Source of the DNA: Gammaproteobacteria bacterium
Lineage (GTDB): Bacteria > Pseudomonadota > Gammaproteobacteria > Steroidobacterales > Rariloculaceae
Assembly: GCA_050485685.1 (NCBI GenBank)
Contig: JBJHBW010000002.1
Span: forward strand, 11,959 to 75,958
Direction: 5' to 3'
Length of the DNA stretch: 64,000 bases
Made by a program: the position numbers and the translations under genes. How positions within the stretch are numbered: position 1 is the stretch's first letter; every line of letters starts with the position of its first letter. This document shows positions 56,331-64,000 of this stretch, one piece after another. The notes below the pieces were generated by a model. It was not told where the DNA came from. It was given only the letters and a program-made list of their open reading frames with translations, and ran no database searches.

Positions 56331-59111
56331 ATGAAGGCGATTGCGGGATCCGGCCTGGGGCTGCTCGGGGCATTGTTCATTCTGGCTGGCTGCAGCAGCG
56401 GCAGCAGCGGCGGGTCGTCGCCGCAACCCACGCCGCCTCCTCCGCCACCGCCTCCGCCGCCGCCACCACCCCCTGCGCCCACGTTCCAGGTCGGCGGCGA
56501 AGTGGACGGCCTTGCCGGCACCGGGCTGGTGCTGCAGATCAATGGCGGCAACGACCTGGCGATCGCAGCCGACGGCGATTTCACATTCCCGGTCGAACTC
56601 GATGATGGAGACAGCTACACGGTCACCGTGCTCACGCAGCCGGTCGCACCCGCGCAGGTGTGTACCGCGCAGAACGGTGCGGCAAGCGTGGCCGGCGCCG
56701 ACGTCACCGATGTGCAGATCACCTGCGACACGGTGCCGGTGCTCAGCGCCACACCCGACATCATGCAGCTGCATCTGACCTGGGCCGGTCAGGACACCGT
56801 GGACGTGCTCTATTCCTCCGACGCTTACTGCGACTGGAACAACGTGCTCACCTGCGACGGTTCCGGCGTGCTGCCCGGTGTGAGCGGCGGTGCGCTGACG
56901 CTGGGTGCCATAGAGCACGGACTGGACTCCGATCACGGCTGGTACTTCGTCGTGGAGTCCGGCGCACTGCGCTCCAACCAGGCGGGCGCGCGCGCGTTGC
57001 CACCGGCGTTCAACAACAATGTGCTGGCGTCGGCTATCGGCGGCGATCGGCTGTACCTGGGCGGCCCGTTCACACGTGTCACGACGCGCACCGGCGGCGG
57101 TGTGACGCTGTCCCTGAACGACGCGGCACTGACAGGGGCCGTACCGGTGGTTGAAGGCGACGTGAATGCGGTGGTCGCCGATGGCGTCGGCGGCTGGTAC
57201 ATAGGCGGAGCGTTCACGAGCGTCGGCGGCGTGGCGAAGCAGAACCTGGCGCGCATCCGCGCCGATGGCAGCGTCGATACCGAGTGGACACCGGATACCC
57301 CCAGCGGCGCGGTGTGGGCGCTGGCCCTGGCCGGCGATCGCGTGATTGCCGGCGGTACCTTTGTTGCGATCGGCGCGCAGTCGCGTGAGCGCATAGCCGC
57401 ATTCGACGCCACGACCGGCGAGCTGGATCCTGACTGGAACCCGGGCGCGAATAATGAGGTTCGCGCGCTGGCAGTGCTGGGCGACACGATATACGCAGGC
57501 GGTGGATTCACCGAAGCCGGCGGCGAGGCGCGCGGCTATGTTGCTGCCTTCGATGCCGGCACCGGCACGATCGATCCGGACTGGGATCCTTCGCTGAACG
57601 GCTGGGTCATGGCCATGACCGCGGCAGACGACACCATATATATAGGCGGCTACTTCACGACCGTTGGCGGCGAGATGCATGGCGGTCGGCTGATCGCCGT
57701 GGACACCGACGGCGGCTACGACCTTGCCTGGAATCCGGCACTCAATGGCGAAGTGCTGAGCCTGACACTGGCTGGCAACCGGCTGTATGCCGGCGGCGCC
57801 TTCACCGCGGCAGGTGTTGAACCGCGCCTGCATCTGGCGGCGTTCGACAGGGTCACCGGCGCGCTGGACGACGACTGGACGCCGGTCGTGAGCCCTTTGC
57901 TGGGCAACGACCCCGTCGTACGCAGCCTGGGTACCGCCAACGGCAACGTCTATGCCGGCGGCTTCTACTTCCTGCATTCGTTCGATGCACAGACCGGCGA
58001 CACGGATACCGCCTGGACACCGTATCTCGACGGCACGGTTCGCACCTTGGCCATTGCCGACGAACGCATGTTTGCCGGCGGTCTGTTTCCGACCGCCGGA
58101 GGCATGTTGCGCACACGGCTGGCGGCGTTCGATATGCACACCGGAATCCCGGTAGCCGACTGGAACCCGGGTGCGAATGCGCCGGTGACCGCGATTGCCG
58201 TCGCCGGTGACACCGTGTACGCCGGCGGCCAGTTCACCGAAGCTGGCGGCGAGGCGCGCTCGCGTCTTGCGGCATTCAATGCCGACAGCGGCGCGCTGGA
58301 TGCGATCTGGAACCCCGGCGCCGACGCCCAGGTGGAAGCGCTGGCTGTTGCCAACGGCCGCGTGTATGCCGGCGGTCAGTTCTCGGAGGCGGGTGGTCAG
58401 GCGCGTTCGCGGCTGGCAGCGTTCGATGCCGTCAGCGGGCTGCTGGACAGCGTGCCGACACCCGGCGCGTCCGGCGATCCTGCGCCGGGGTCAGGTCTGC
58501 CGGAATCGATGGTGACCTCGCTGCAGGTGGCCAACGGTCGCGTGTATGTGGGCGGACGCTTCACAGACTTCGGTGGCGAGGCACGTACCAGCGTGGCGGC
58601 GTTCTTCGCAGACACCGGGGCCGTGGACACGGACTTCGATGCCACCCTGGCCGGCTTCTCGGTAACGGTGTGGACGCTGCTGGCGGCTGACGACAGCGTA
58701 TACATCGGCGGCGCATTCGCAACCGTGGACGGCGAAGCACTGGCGAGTCTGGCAGCGCTGGATGCGACCACAGGCACCGTCGATACCGGCTGGAATCCGG
58801 GCGGCACCAACAACTCGGTGTACACGCTGGGCGTGATCGGCAACCGGCTGTATGCCGGCGGCGCGTTCTCGACGATTGCGGGTGAGCCCCGCGCCGCGCT
58901 GGCGGCACTCGACCGCGTCACTGCTGCGCTGGATGAAGACTGGTTGCCGGTCAGCGCCACCTCGGTGTTCTCGATGTCCGCCAGTGACAACACTGTGTAC
59001 ACCGGATCGGGCAGTTTCACTGGTGCGATCAACACGCTCACGGACACCGCCAACAACCGGCGCGTGGGTTTCGGGGCGCTGGATTCGGAAACGGGTGCGT
59101 TCGTCTGGTAA
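56331..59111 (+). CDS. Large lipoprotein: poly-Pro linker, Ig/FN3-like modules, about 13-repeat beta-propeller (delta-60/DUF5122-like repeats)
   Basis: Lipobox 'LFILAGC', 14 consecutive Pro, 'GLAGTGLVLQINGGNDL...VQITC' module, then repeats of the form 'RLAAFDxxTGxxDxxWNP...V.ALA..G..vYAGGxF'. Starts 29 nt after the kinase stop. Confidence 0.8.
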   Translation: MKAIAGSGLGLLGALFILAGCSSGSSGGSSPQPTPPPPPPPPPPPPPPAPTFQVGGEVDGLAGTGLVLQINGGNDLAIAADGDFTFPVELDDGDSYTVTVLTQPVAPAQVCTAQNGAASVAGADVTDVQITCDTVPVLSATPDIMQLHLTWAGQDTVDVLYSSDAYCDWNNVLTCDGSGVLPGVSGGALTLGAIEHGLDSDHGWYFVVESGALRSNQAGARALPPAFNNNVLASAIGGDRLYLGGPFTRVTTRTGGGVTLSLNDAALTGAVPVVEGDVNAVVADGVGGWYIGGAFTSVGGVAKQNLARIRADGSVDTEWTPDTPSGAVWALALAGDRVIAGGTFVAIGAQSRERIAAFDATTGELDPDWNPGANNEVRALAVLGDTIYAGGGFTEAGGEARGYVAAFDAGTGTIDPDWDPSLNGWVMAMTAADDTIYIGGYFTTVGGEMHGGRLIAVDTDGGYDLAWNPALNGEVLSLTLAGNRLYAGGAFTAAGVEPRLHLAAFDRVTGALDDDWTPVVSPLLGNDPVVRSLGTANGNVYAGGFYFLHSFDAQTGDTDTAWTPYLDGTVRTLAIADERMFAGGLFPTAGGMLRTRLAAFDMHTGIPVADWNPGANAPVTAIAVAGDTVYAGGQFTEAGGEARSRLAAFNADSGALDAIWNPGADAQVEALAVANGRVYAGGQFSEAGGQARSRLAAFDAVSGLLDSVPTPGASGDPAPGSGLPESMVTSLQVANGRVYVGGRFTDFGGEARTSVAAFFADTGAVDTDFDATLAGFSVTVWTLLAADDSVYIGGAFATVDGEALASLAALDATTGTVDTGWNPGGTNNSVYTLGVIGNRLYAGGAFSTIAGEPRAALAALDRVTAALDEDWLPVSATSVFSMSASDNTVYTGSGSFTGAINTLTDTANNRRVGFGALDSETGAFVW
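57018..59108 (+). repeat. Tandem intragenic repeats of about 55-60 codons (about 13 copies)
   Basis: Recurrent '(A/L)A(A/L)FD..(T/S)G..D..W(N/T)P' every 55-60 aa, with partly conserved DNA (for example around 58210-58290 vs 58370-58440). Confidence 0.7.
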
Positions 59112-59119
59112 GCGTTGCT

Positions 59120-59152
59120 CAGGTGATCGTTCGCATTGCGAGCGGTCACCTG
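59120..59152 (+). terminator. Hairpin after the propeller lipoprotein gene
   Basis: 'CAGGTGATCG'...13-nt loop...'CGGTCACCTG' (10-bp stem with one G-U pair), 9 nt after the stop. No U-tract. Confidence 0.35.
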
Positions 59153-59259
59153 GTCAGCATGGGTGTGTGGTGAGTGGGGCGCCGGCTGTTGGTCGTCGTA
59201 TACGGCTGGCGCCGGCGCTTCCACTTTGCCTGAGGTCCAGGCTACAGCCAGAGCCCGGG

Positions 59260-60036
59260 TTACTGCCGGAACTTCTCCAGTTCCTCCAGCCACAGCCCTT
59301 CGGTGCAGGCGTACTCGGCCGTGGCGGTATCGGACATGCGCTGATAGTAGGCGATGCGCCGTTGCGGTCCGTCGTAGTAGAAAGGATCGGTGATCGTGAT
59401 GTCGAACACGAGCACGTCGTCGTTGATCGGCGCCTCGACGGTGGCGATGAAACCCGTGGGTCGCGCCGTGATGTCGTCGAGTTTGGTGAGATAGACACGC
59501 TCGACGATGCGCGTGTCTTCAGTGCGTGGCCAGGTGCGCAGCGGCCACTCCTGAAGCAGTGCCGTCTCGATGACCAGCGTGTCGCCGTCCCAGCTGCCGA
59601 CGGAGTGACCGGTATGGGCGGGCAGGTAATCATCCGGATGATCACGGCCGTCGAGAAACACGCGACGGCGCTGCATCTCCAGTTCCGCCAGCATCGCCAG
59701 ACGTGATTCCGTCTGCACGATCTCGATCGGATAGGACACGGTGGACAGCATCACGCTCGGCATGCCGGTGCCGAAGCAGAACGCGCCCATGTCCGGAATC
59801 TCGCTGAACTGCGCGCGGTAGGCGTCGAGCGCCGCCAGACCCTGCTCGGAATAGCGAGGCTGATTGCCACCGCCGTCCGGGTTTTGAACCGCGAACGCCA
59901 TCCACACGCCCGAGAGGTCGGGCACATCGGGTGTCGCGGCGGCAACAGCTTCGCCGGGCGCCGGGGAATCACTGCATGCACCGACCAGCAGGCCAAGTGC
60001 GAGGCAGGCGGGTATCAATGCAGCTGAGTGTTTCAT
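59260..60036 (-). CDS. Hypothetical lipoprotein
   Basis: 'MKHSAALIPACLALGLLVGAC' lipobox. 258 aa with no recognised domain. Start at ATG 60036. Confidence 0.6.
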   Translation of the reverse strand: MKHSAALIPACLALGLLVGACSDSPAPGEAVAAATPDVPDLSGVWMAFAVQNPDGGGNQPRYSEQGLAALDAYRAQFSEIPDMGAFCFGTGMPSVMLSTVSYPIEIVQTESRLAMLAELEMQRRRVFLDGRDHPDDYLPAHTGHSVGSWDGDTLVIETALLQEWPLRTWPRTEDTRIVERVYLTKLDDITARPTGFIATVEAPINDDVLVFDITITDPFYYDGPQRRIAYYQRMSDTATAEYACTEGLWLEELEKFRQ

Positions 60037-60208
60037 GGCCCAACTGTAGCAGCGTTGCGGGGTGGAGGGGAGTGGGGAGGAATCCGGGCCGGTCCTTCGA
60101 CTGTGTGACACCCGTCTCTCGATGCACTGGCGAAGGCGTCATACACTACCTGCATATTGAAGACGCTCGCTGCGTCTACATCCTGCCCGCGATTCACTGG
60201 AGTCGTCT

Positions 60209-61912
60209 TTGCTGTCGACATTGTCCCGACGCCTGCGACCGCGCTACGTATCGATCCCGCTGATCTATGCGTCACTGTCGTTTGCCTACATCGTCCTGTC
60301 CAGCCTCTGGTTCGGCGATCTGCTCGAGTACACCCCCGAGATCATGCGGGTGGAGATCAGCAAGGGGCTGGCGTTCGTTGCGATCACGACGGCGATCCTG
60401 TGGTTCGCGCTGTATCGCGAGTACCGCGCCGGCCGCGTCGGTGAAACGACCTTCCGCGGACTGGTCGAGCATCTGCCGGACGCGGTGTTTCTGGTGAGAC
60501 TGCCCGAGCGCACGGTCTTCTATGTGAACCCGGCGGCCGAGCGGATATTCGGCTATCCCGCCTCACAGCTGATCGGTTCGAACATCGAAAAGCTGCATGC
60601 CAGTGCCGCGCATTTCGAGGAATTCCATCAGCGCAGCAAGAGCGTAGCGGCCGATCAGCCGTACCTGGGCGAGTTCGAGATGCGCCGCAGCAACGGCGAG
60701 GTTTTCCCCACCAGTCACCTGGTCGAGCTTTTCAGCGATGAGCGTGGCCGGCAGTTCGTGGTCAGCGTCGTGCGTGACGAGTCCGAGAGCAGGCGCATGG
60801 AGCGCGAACTGCGCGAGAGCGAGACGCGGCTGCGGCAGATCGCGGAGAACCTGCGCGAGGTGCTGTGGATCACGGATGCGGAAAAGAAGACGATGCTCTA
60901 CGTCAGCCCCGCCTATGAGCAGGTGTGGGGCCGGCCGGTCAGCGAGCTTTATCAGTCTCCGGATTCGTTCCTGGATTCGGTGCACCCTGACGACCGGTCG
61001 CAGGTCGCGGCGAAGGTGGCGCGTCAGGCGGTGGACGAATACGACGTGCAGTACCGCATCGTGCGCCCGGATGGCCAGGAGCGGTGGATCTGGGATCGCG
61101 CCGTGCCGCTGCGCGATGCTGAGGGCCAGGTCACGCGCATCGTCGGCATCGCCGACGACATCACCGTGTTGAGGCAGCGCGAGGAAGAGTTGCGGCAGGC
61201 GCAGAAAATGGACGCGATAGGTCAGCTCACCGGCGGGATTGCGCACGACTTCAACAATCTGCTCACGGTGATACTCGGCCGCGCCGAGATGCTCGCGAGT
61301 GAGGTCGGTGAAGAATCTCCGCTGCATGAGGAACTGGAGGCTATCGTTCAGGCCAGCGAGCGTGCCGCGCTGCTGACCCGGCGTCTGCTTGCGTTCTCGC
61401 GGCGACAGCGCCTGCACAGCGAACGCGTGGATCTCAACACACTGATCGGCGACACGGTTCAGCTGCTGGCACGCACGCTCGGCAACCACGTGGCGATCAG
61501 CAAGCACCCTGCCGAGAACCTTTGGCCGGTGGAGCTCGATCGCGAACAGTTCGAAACCAGTCTGCTGAACCTCGCCATCAATGCACGCGATGCAATGCCG
61601 GATGGCGGGGAGCTTCGTTTTACCACGGCGAACGTTCGTATAGACGCGGACTCTGCACTACCGGCGGCGGATCTGGAGCCGGGCGACTATGTGCGGCTGA
61701 CGGTCGAAGACACGGGATCGGGTATGCCCGGCGAAGTCGCCGCGCGTGCGTTCGAGCCGTTCTTCACGACCAAGGAACAGGGCAAGGGCACGGGCCTCGG
61801 GCTCAGCATGGTTTACGGGTTCGTGAAGCAGTCCGGCGGGGTGATTCAGCTGGATACCGCGCCGGGGAAAGGGACGCGGTTCGGGATTTATCTGCCGCGG
61901 GCGGGGGATTGA
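60209..61912 (+). CDS. PAS-domain sensor histidine kinase
   Basis: Two N-terminal TM helices, two PAS-like segments, H-box '[14 protein letters not shown]', N-box '[10 protein letters not shown]' and G-boxes 'DTGSGM' and 'GTGLGLS'. TTG start. No adjacent response regulator. Confidence 0.85.
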   Translation: MLSTLSRRLRPRYVSIPLIYASLSFAYIVLSSLWFGDLLEYTPEIMRVEISKGLAFVAITTAILWFALYREYRAGRVGETTFRGLVEHLPDAVFLVRLPERTVFYVNPAAERIFGYPASQLIGSNIEKLHASAAHFEEFHQRSKSVAADQPYLGEFEMRRSNGEVFPTSHLVELFSDERGRQFVVSVVRDESESRRMERELRESETRLRQIAENLREVLWITDAEKKTMLYVSPAYEQVWGRPVSELYQSPDSFLDSVHPDDRSQVAAKVARQAVDEYDVQYRIVRPDGQERWIWDRAVPLRDAEGQVTRIVGIADDITVLRQREEELRQAQKMDAIGQLTGGIAHDFNNLLTVILGRAEMLASEVGEESPLHEELEAIVQASERAALLTRRLLAFSRRQRLHSERVDLNTLIGDTVQLLARTLGNHVAISKHPAENLWPVELDREQFETSLLNLAINARDAMPDGGELRFTTANVRIDADSALPAADLEPGDYVRLTVEDTGSGMPGEVAARAFEPFFTTKEQGKGTGLGLSMVYGFVKQSGGVIQLDTAPGKGTRFGIYLPRAGD

Positions 61913-62080
61913 GGGTTTCGGCGGGGGGTTCTGAACCCCCGGGCAAAGGGAGGCACGACAGCTGGCCGAGCCGTGCCCTGTGCTGCCGGCTCGCAGAAAT
62001 ACCAGGTGAGAGCTTGCTCCATATTATTTGCAGGCAATAATTTGCGTCCCATTTCCTCGCATGTAATCGACAACCGATCA

Positions 62081-62384
62081 TATGAGGCCAGGAACAGCTG
62101 CAACTGCCGGACGGGCCGGCCGCTGATCACATTTCTGCTCGCTGAGCGCGGCGTGCTGCACAAGCCCGTGCTTTACCTGTCGCATTATCTGAAGTGCAAT
62201 CGGCAGGAGTACTACGACCGTCTACAGTCGATACGCGACGACGGCGATTGGGAAGGCTGGCTCGGGTTCTTCCTGCGTGGCGTTGTTGAAGTGAGTACGG
62301 AGGCCACCGACACCACACGCCGCGTGCTGATGCTGCGCGAGCAGCATCGTATGGACATCACCGCGGGTCTCGGACGTGCGGCTG
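62081..62384 (+). pseudogene. Fic-family gene remnant (about 100 core codons, both ends missing, catalytic motif degenerate)
   Basis: 'RTGRPLITFLLAERGVLHKPVLYLSHYLKCNRQEYYDRLQSIRDDGDWEGWLGFFLRGV' matches the region after the Fic HPFxxGNGRxxR motif. The motif itself reads 'YEARNSCNCRTGR'. No N-terminal domain or C-terminal wHTH. Confidence 0.65.
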
Positions 62385-62483
62385 TTTACGGACGAGCCGG
62401 AGGAAGAGGCGTAGACGACGGGGAGAGGCGGCTCATCTCTCGCAGCTTTCGTCGGCGAGAAACCGCATCGATGCCGAGTGCGG

Positions 62484-62726
62484 CTAGACGCGGCGCTCGC
62501 GGGGTGGCATTTGCTCTTCGGCTACCGTATTGGCGGCATAGGCGATGGCCGCCCTGATGTCCTCGGAAACGAGATGCGGATAGGCATCGATCAGCTCGGC
62601 TTGTGTCATGCCTTCTGCCAGCTTGCGCAGAAGCAGCTCGACCGTGATACGCGTGCCTCGTATCACCGGCTTCCCGAGCATCACGTCCAGGTCGATCTCG
62701 ATGCGATCATGTACGGTCTTATTCAT
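62484..62726 (-). CDS. DUF433-family antitoxin-like protein (no partner toxin gene)
   Basis: 'IEIDLDVMLGKPVIRGTRITVELLLRKLAEGMTQAELIDAYPHLVSEDIRAAIAYA' is the typical DUF433 core. ATG 62726. Confidence 0.75.
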   Translation of the reverse strand: MNKTVHDRIEIDLDVMLGKPVIRGTRITVELLLRKLAEGMTQAELIDAYPHLVSEDIRAAIAYAANTVAEEQMPPRERRV

Positions 62727-62842
62727 CCTGGCTCCAGTATATCGCTGCGTCTGGTTGTGGGCACGGCGCAGGGGCATCGACCTTGGGCCGGGCGCGATTG
62801 AGCGGGCCGTGGCGCTGCAGACGGGGCCAGTGTTGGCGAGAA

Positions 62843-63307
62843 TCAGCGTGGCTCGGTGGCACCTGCCGACAGGCCCGGATGTTTGCGAAGAATGTCGTCG
62901 AGCAGGTCCTGCGCGCCGGCGATTGCGGCCTCGACCTGGCTCGCCGGTACCTCCACTACGTCGCCGTAGTCGAAACGATTACGAAATCGATGCAGGTCGT
63001 CCAGCCTGCGCCATCGGCTGGCGTCCCACTCCAGCGTCATTGCCAATGTCTGGAAGAGGATCGTGCGATGGCCTTCGGATCCTGCCATACGATACCCGCT
63101 GGCTTCGAGGGCCACGCGGGCGAGCCAGAAGGCCGCACTGTACGCAGCCGCAAATCGAGTTATCAGGCTGTTCCTTGTCGAGCGAGCGTCACTGAGAGCG
63201 TCCCTCGCACGCTGCACCAGCCCGAGCAGCACATCCGTGTCGGGATCTGCGGCGTGCAGCACTGGCCGCACGCCTCTGGTCAGATTGTCGAGGTTTTCCG
63301 TTTTCAA
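62843..63307 (-). CDS. HEPN-domain protein (putative toxin partner of the upstream nucleotidyltransferase)
   Basis: 154 aa, helical. '...AYSAAFWLARVALEASGY...H' and 'LHRFRNRFDYGD...VEAAIAGAQDLL' fit the HEPN (PF05168-like) layout. TTG start 14 nt after the MNT stop. Confidence 0.6.
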   Translation of the reverse strand: MKTENLDNLTRGVRPVLHAADPDTDVLLGLVQRARDALSDARSTRNSLITRFAAAYSAAFWLARVALEASGYRMAGSEGHRTILFQTLAMTLEWDASRWRRLDDLHRFRNRFDYGDVVEVPASQVEAAIAGAQDLLDDILRKHPGLSAGATEPR

Positions 63308-63320
63308 ACGTTGTCGCCAT

Positions 63321-63926
63321 CTATCGGACGCTCGCTTTCAGCATGGTCTCGTCGCCGATCACGAAGATTTTCGGGCCTCGCATGATCGGCCTCATCGCCG
63401 GTTTGCGCAGCGATGACCGATCCTCCCCGGAATTCAGGTCGAAGTAGAGAACCTGCACGTGGCGTCCAAGGCGATCTTCCACCGCGCGGGTGCGCTCCGT
63501 CACGACCGAATATCCGGCTGAACCGACAACAAACAGATCCAGATCGCTGTGCTCACGTTCGGTGCCTTTGGCCACCGAGCCGAAGATGAAGGCGACCGGA
63601 ATCGCGTCCTCGATGTCCTGCAGCGCCTCGCGTAGCACGAAGCCTGCCCCGGAGCATTTGGAGATCAGCGATTTGATGTCCCCGTAGAGTGGCGAGTCCT
63701 GGTCGGCCGCGAGAAAGCGCTGGTTTCCCTCCCGCGCCTCGGTTACGAGCCCGGCTTCGATCAGCACCTTGAGCTCGCGGGAGACGGCGCCCGCACCTGA
63801 GCGCACACGGCGAACCAGCTCGTTGAAGGAGACCCGGCGATCGACGTTGAGGAGTAGCTCGCGCAGTATCGCGGCGCGAGTCTTTCCGAGGAGAATGGTG
63901 TCCAGCAACGGGTGCTCCCAATCCAA
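63321..63926 (-). CDS. wHTH-fused minimal nucleotidyltransferase (MNT antitoxin-like)
   Basis: N-terminal wHTH 'AAILRELLLNVDRRVSFNELVRRVRSGAGAVSRELKVLIEAGLV' plus NTase signature 'IFGSVAKGTEREHSDLDLFVVG'. TTG start preceded by GGGAG. Confidence 0.8.
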   Translation of the reverse strand: MDWEHPLLDTILLGKTRAAILRELLLNVDRRVSFNELVRRVRSGAGAVSRELKVLIEAGLVTEAREGNQRFLAADQDSPLYGDIKSLISKCSGAGFVLREALQDIEDAIPVAFIFGSVAKGTEREHSDLDLFVVGSAGYSVVTERTRAVEDRLGRHVQVLYFDLNSGEDRSSLRKPAMRPIMRGPKIFVIGDETMLKASVR

Positions 63927-63932
63927 GAGTGA

Positions 63933-63953
63933 TCACTCCCATTCTGGGAGTGA
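63933..63953. promoter_or_regulatory. Perfect 9-3-9 palindrome over the MNT gene RBS (candidate operator)
   Basis: 'TCACTCCCA TTC TGGGAGTGA', 7-27 nt upstream of the TTG start. Includes the GGGAG Shine-Dalgarno. Confidence 0.45.
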
Positions 63954-64000
63954 CTATGGGATTGTCAAGATCCGAAGCTGAATTCCTGCGGCTCTGCGAG

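Noticed and set aside
55874-56584. Minus-strand ORF containing a run of about 16 glycines.
   Set aside because: It is the reverse complement of the poly-proline tract of the lipoprotein gene. It has no independent coding evidence.
61925-61945. 'GGGGGTTCTGAACCCCC' after the kinase gene, which resembles a tRNA T-arm and could be an att-site remnant marking the island border.
   Set aside because: There is no adjoining acceptor stem/CCA and no second copy in the window. It is more simply a terminator-like hairpin of the kinase gene.
1-64000. Looked for CRISPR arrays, rRNA/tRNA genes, IS elements/transposase or integrase frames, and prophage blocks.
   Set aside because: None were seen: no spaced direct repeats, no transposase/integrase-like ORFs, and all intergenic gaps are 330 nt or shorter. 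This was inspection by eye, so short or degenerate elements could be missed.

Overview
Visibly high-GC, gene-dense chromosomal segment from a Gammaproteobacterium. GC was not computed and no searches were run; all product calls come from motif recognition by eye. Gene order resembles Pseudomonas/Xanthomonas-type genomes: dsbA-cc4-engB/polA, rph/yicC-gmk-rpoZ-spoT-ridA-recG, and coxB-coxA-cox11-coxC-surf1-cox15-cyoE. About 70 CDS can be supported, nearly all core housekeeping. They include the PBP1A 3' end, a complete type IV minor-pilin operon (fimT-pilV-pilW-pilX-pilY1-pilE), gltA, rpmE and the stringent-response block. They also include ubiA, comF, bioBC, an aa3-type cytochrome oxidase assembly cluster, uvrD, trkA, dtd, tatABC and polA. 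There is also an eight-gene arginine operon on the minus strand (argR-argG-X-argC-argD-argF'-argB-argH). Two parts look accessory. One is an ECF sigma / Ser-Thr kinase / 926-aa beta-propeller lipoprotein module (53.2-59.1 kb). The other is a decayed toxin-antitoxin islet at the 3' edge (61.9-64.0 kb: Fic remnant, orphan DUF433, wHTH-MNT/HEPN pair). I saw no rRNA, tRNA, CRISPR array, IS element or prophage. The best candidate for something undescribed is the arginine operon. It has an N-acyl-ornithine-type carbamoyltransferase whose acyl-specificity position appears to be Ala. Its ArgB is kinase-only, and there is no recognisable N-acylglutamate synthase or deacylase. An uncharacterised 360-aa protein with a BioD/CobQ-like P-loop is translationally coupled between argG and argC. 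Many long ORFs in the supplied track are antisense shadows of real genes, typical of high-GC DNA, and were discarded.
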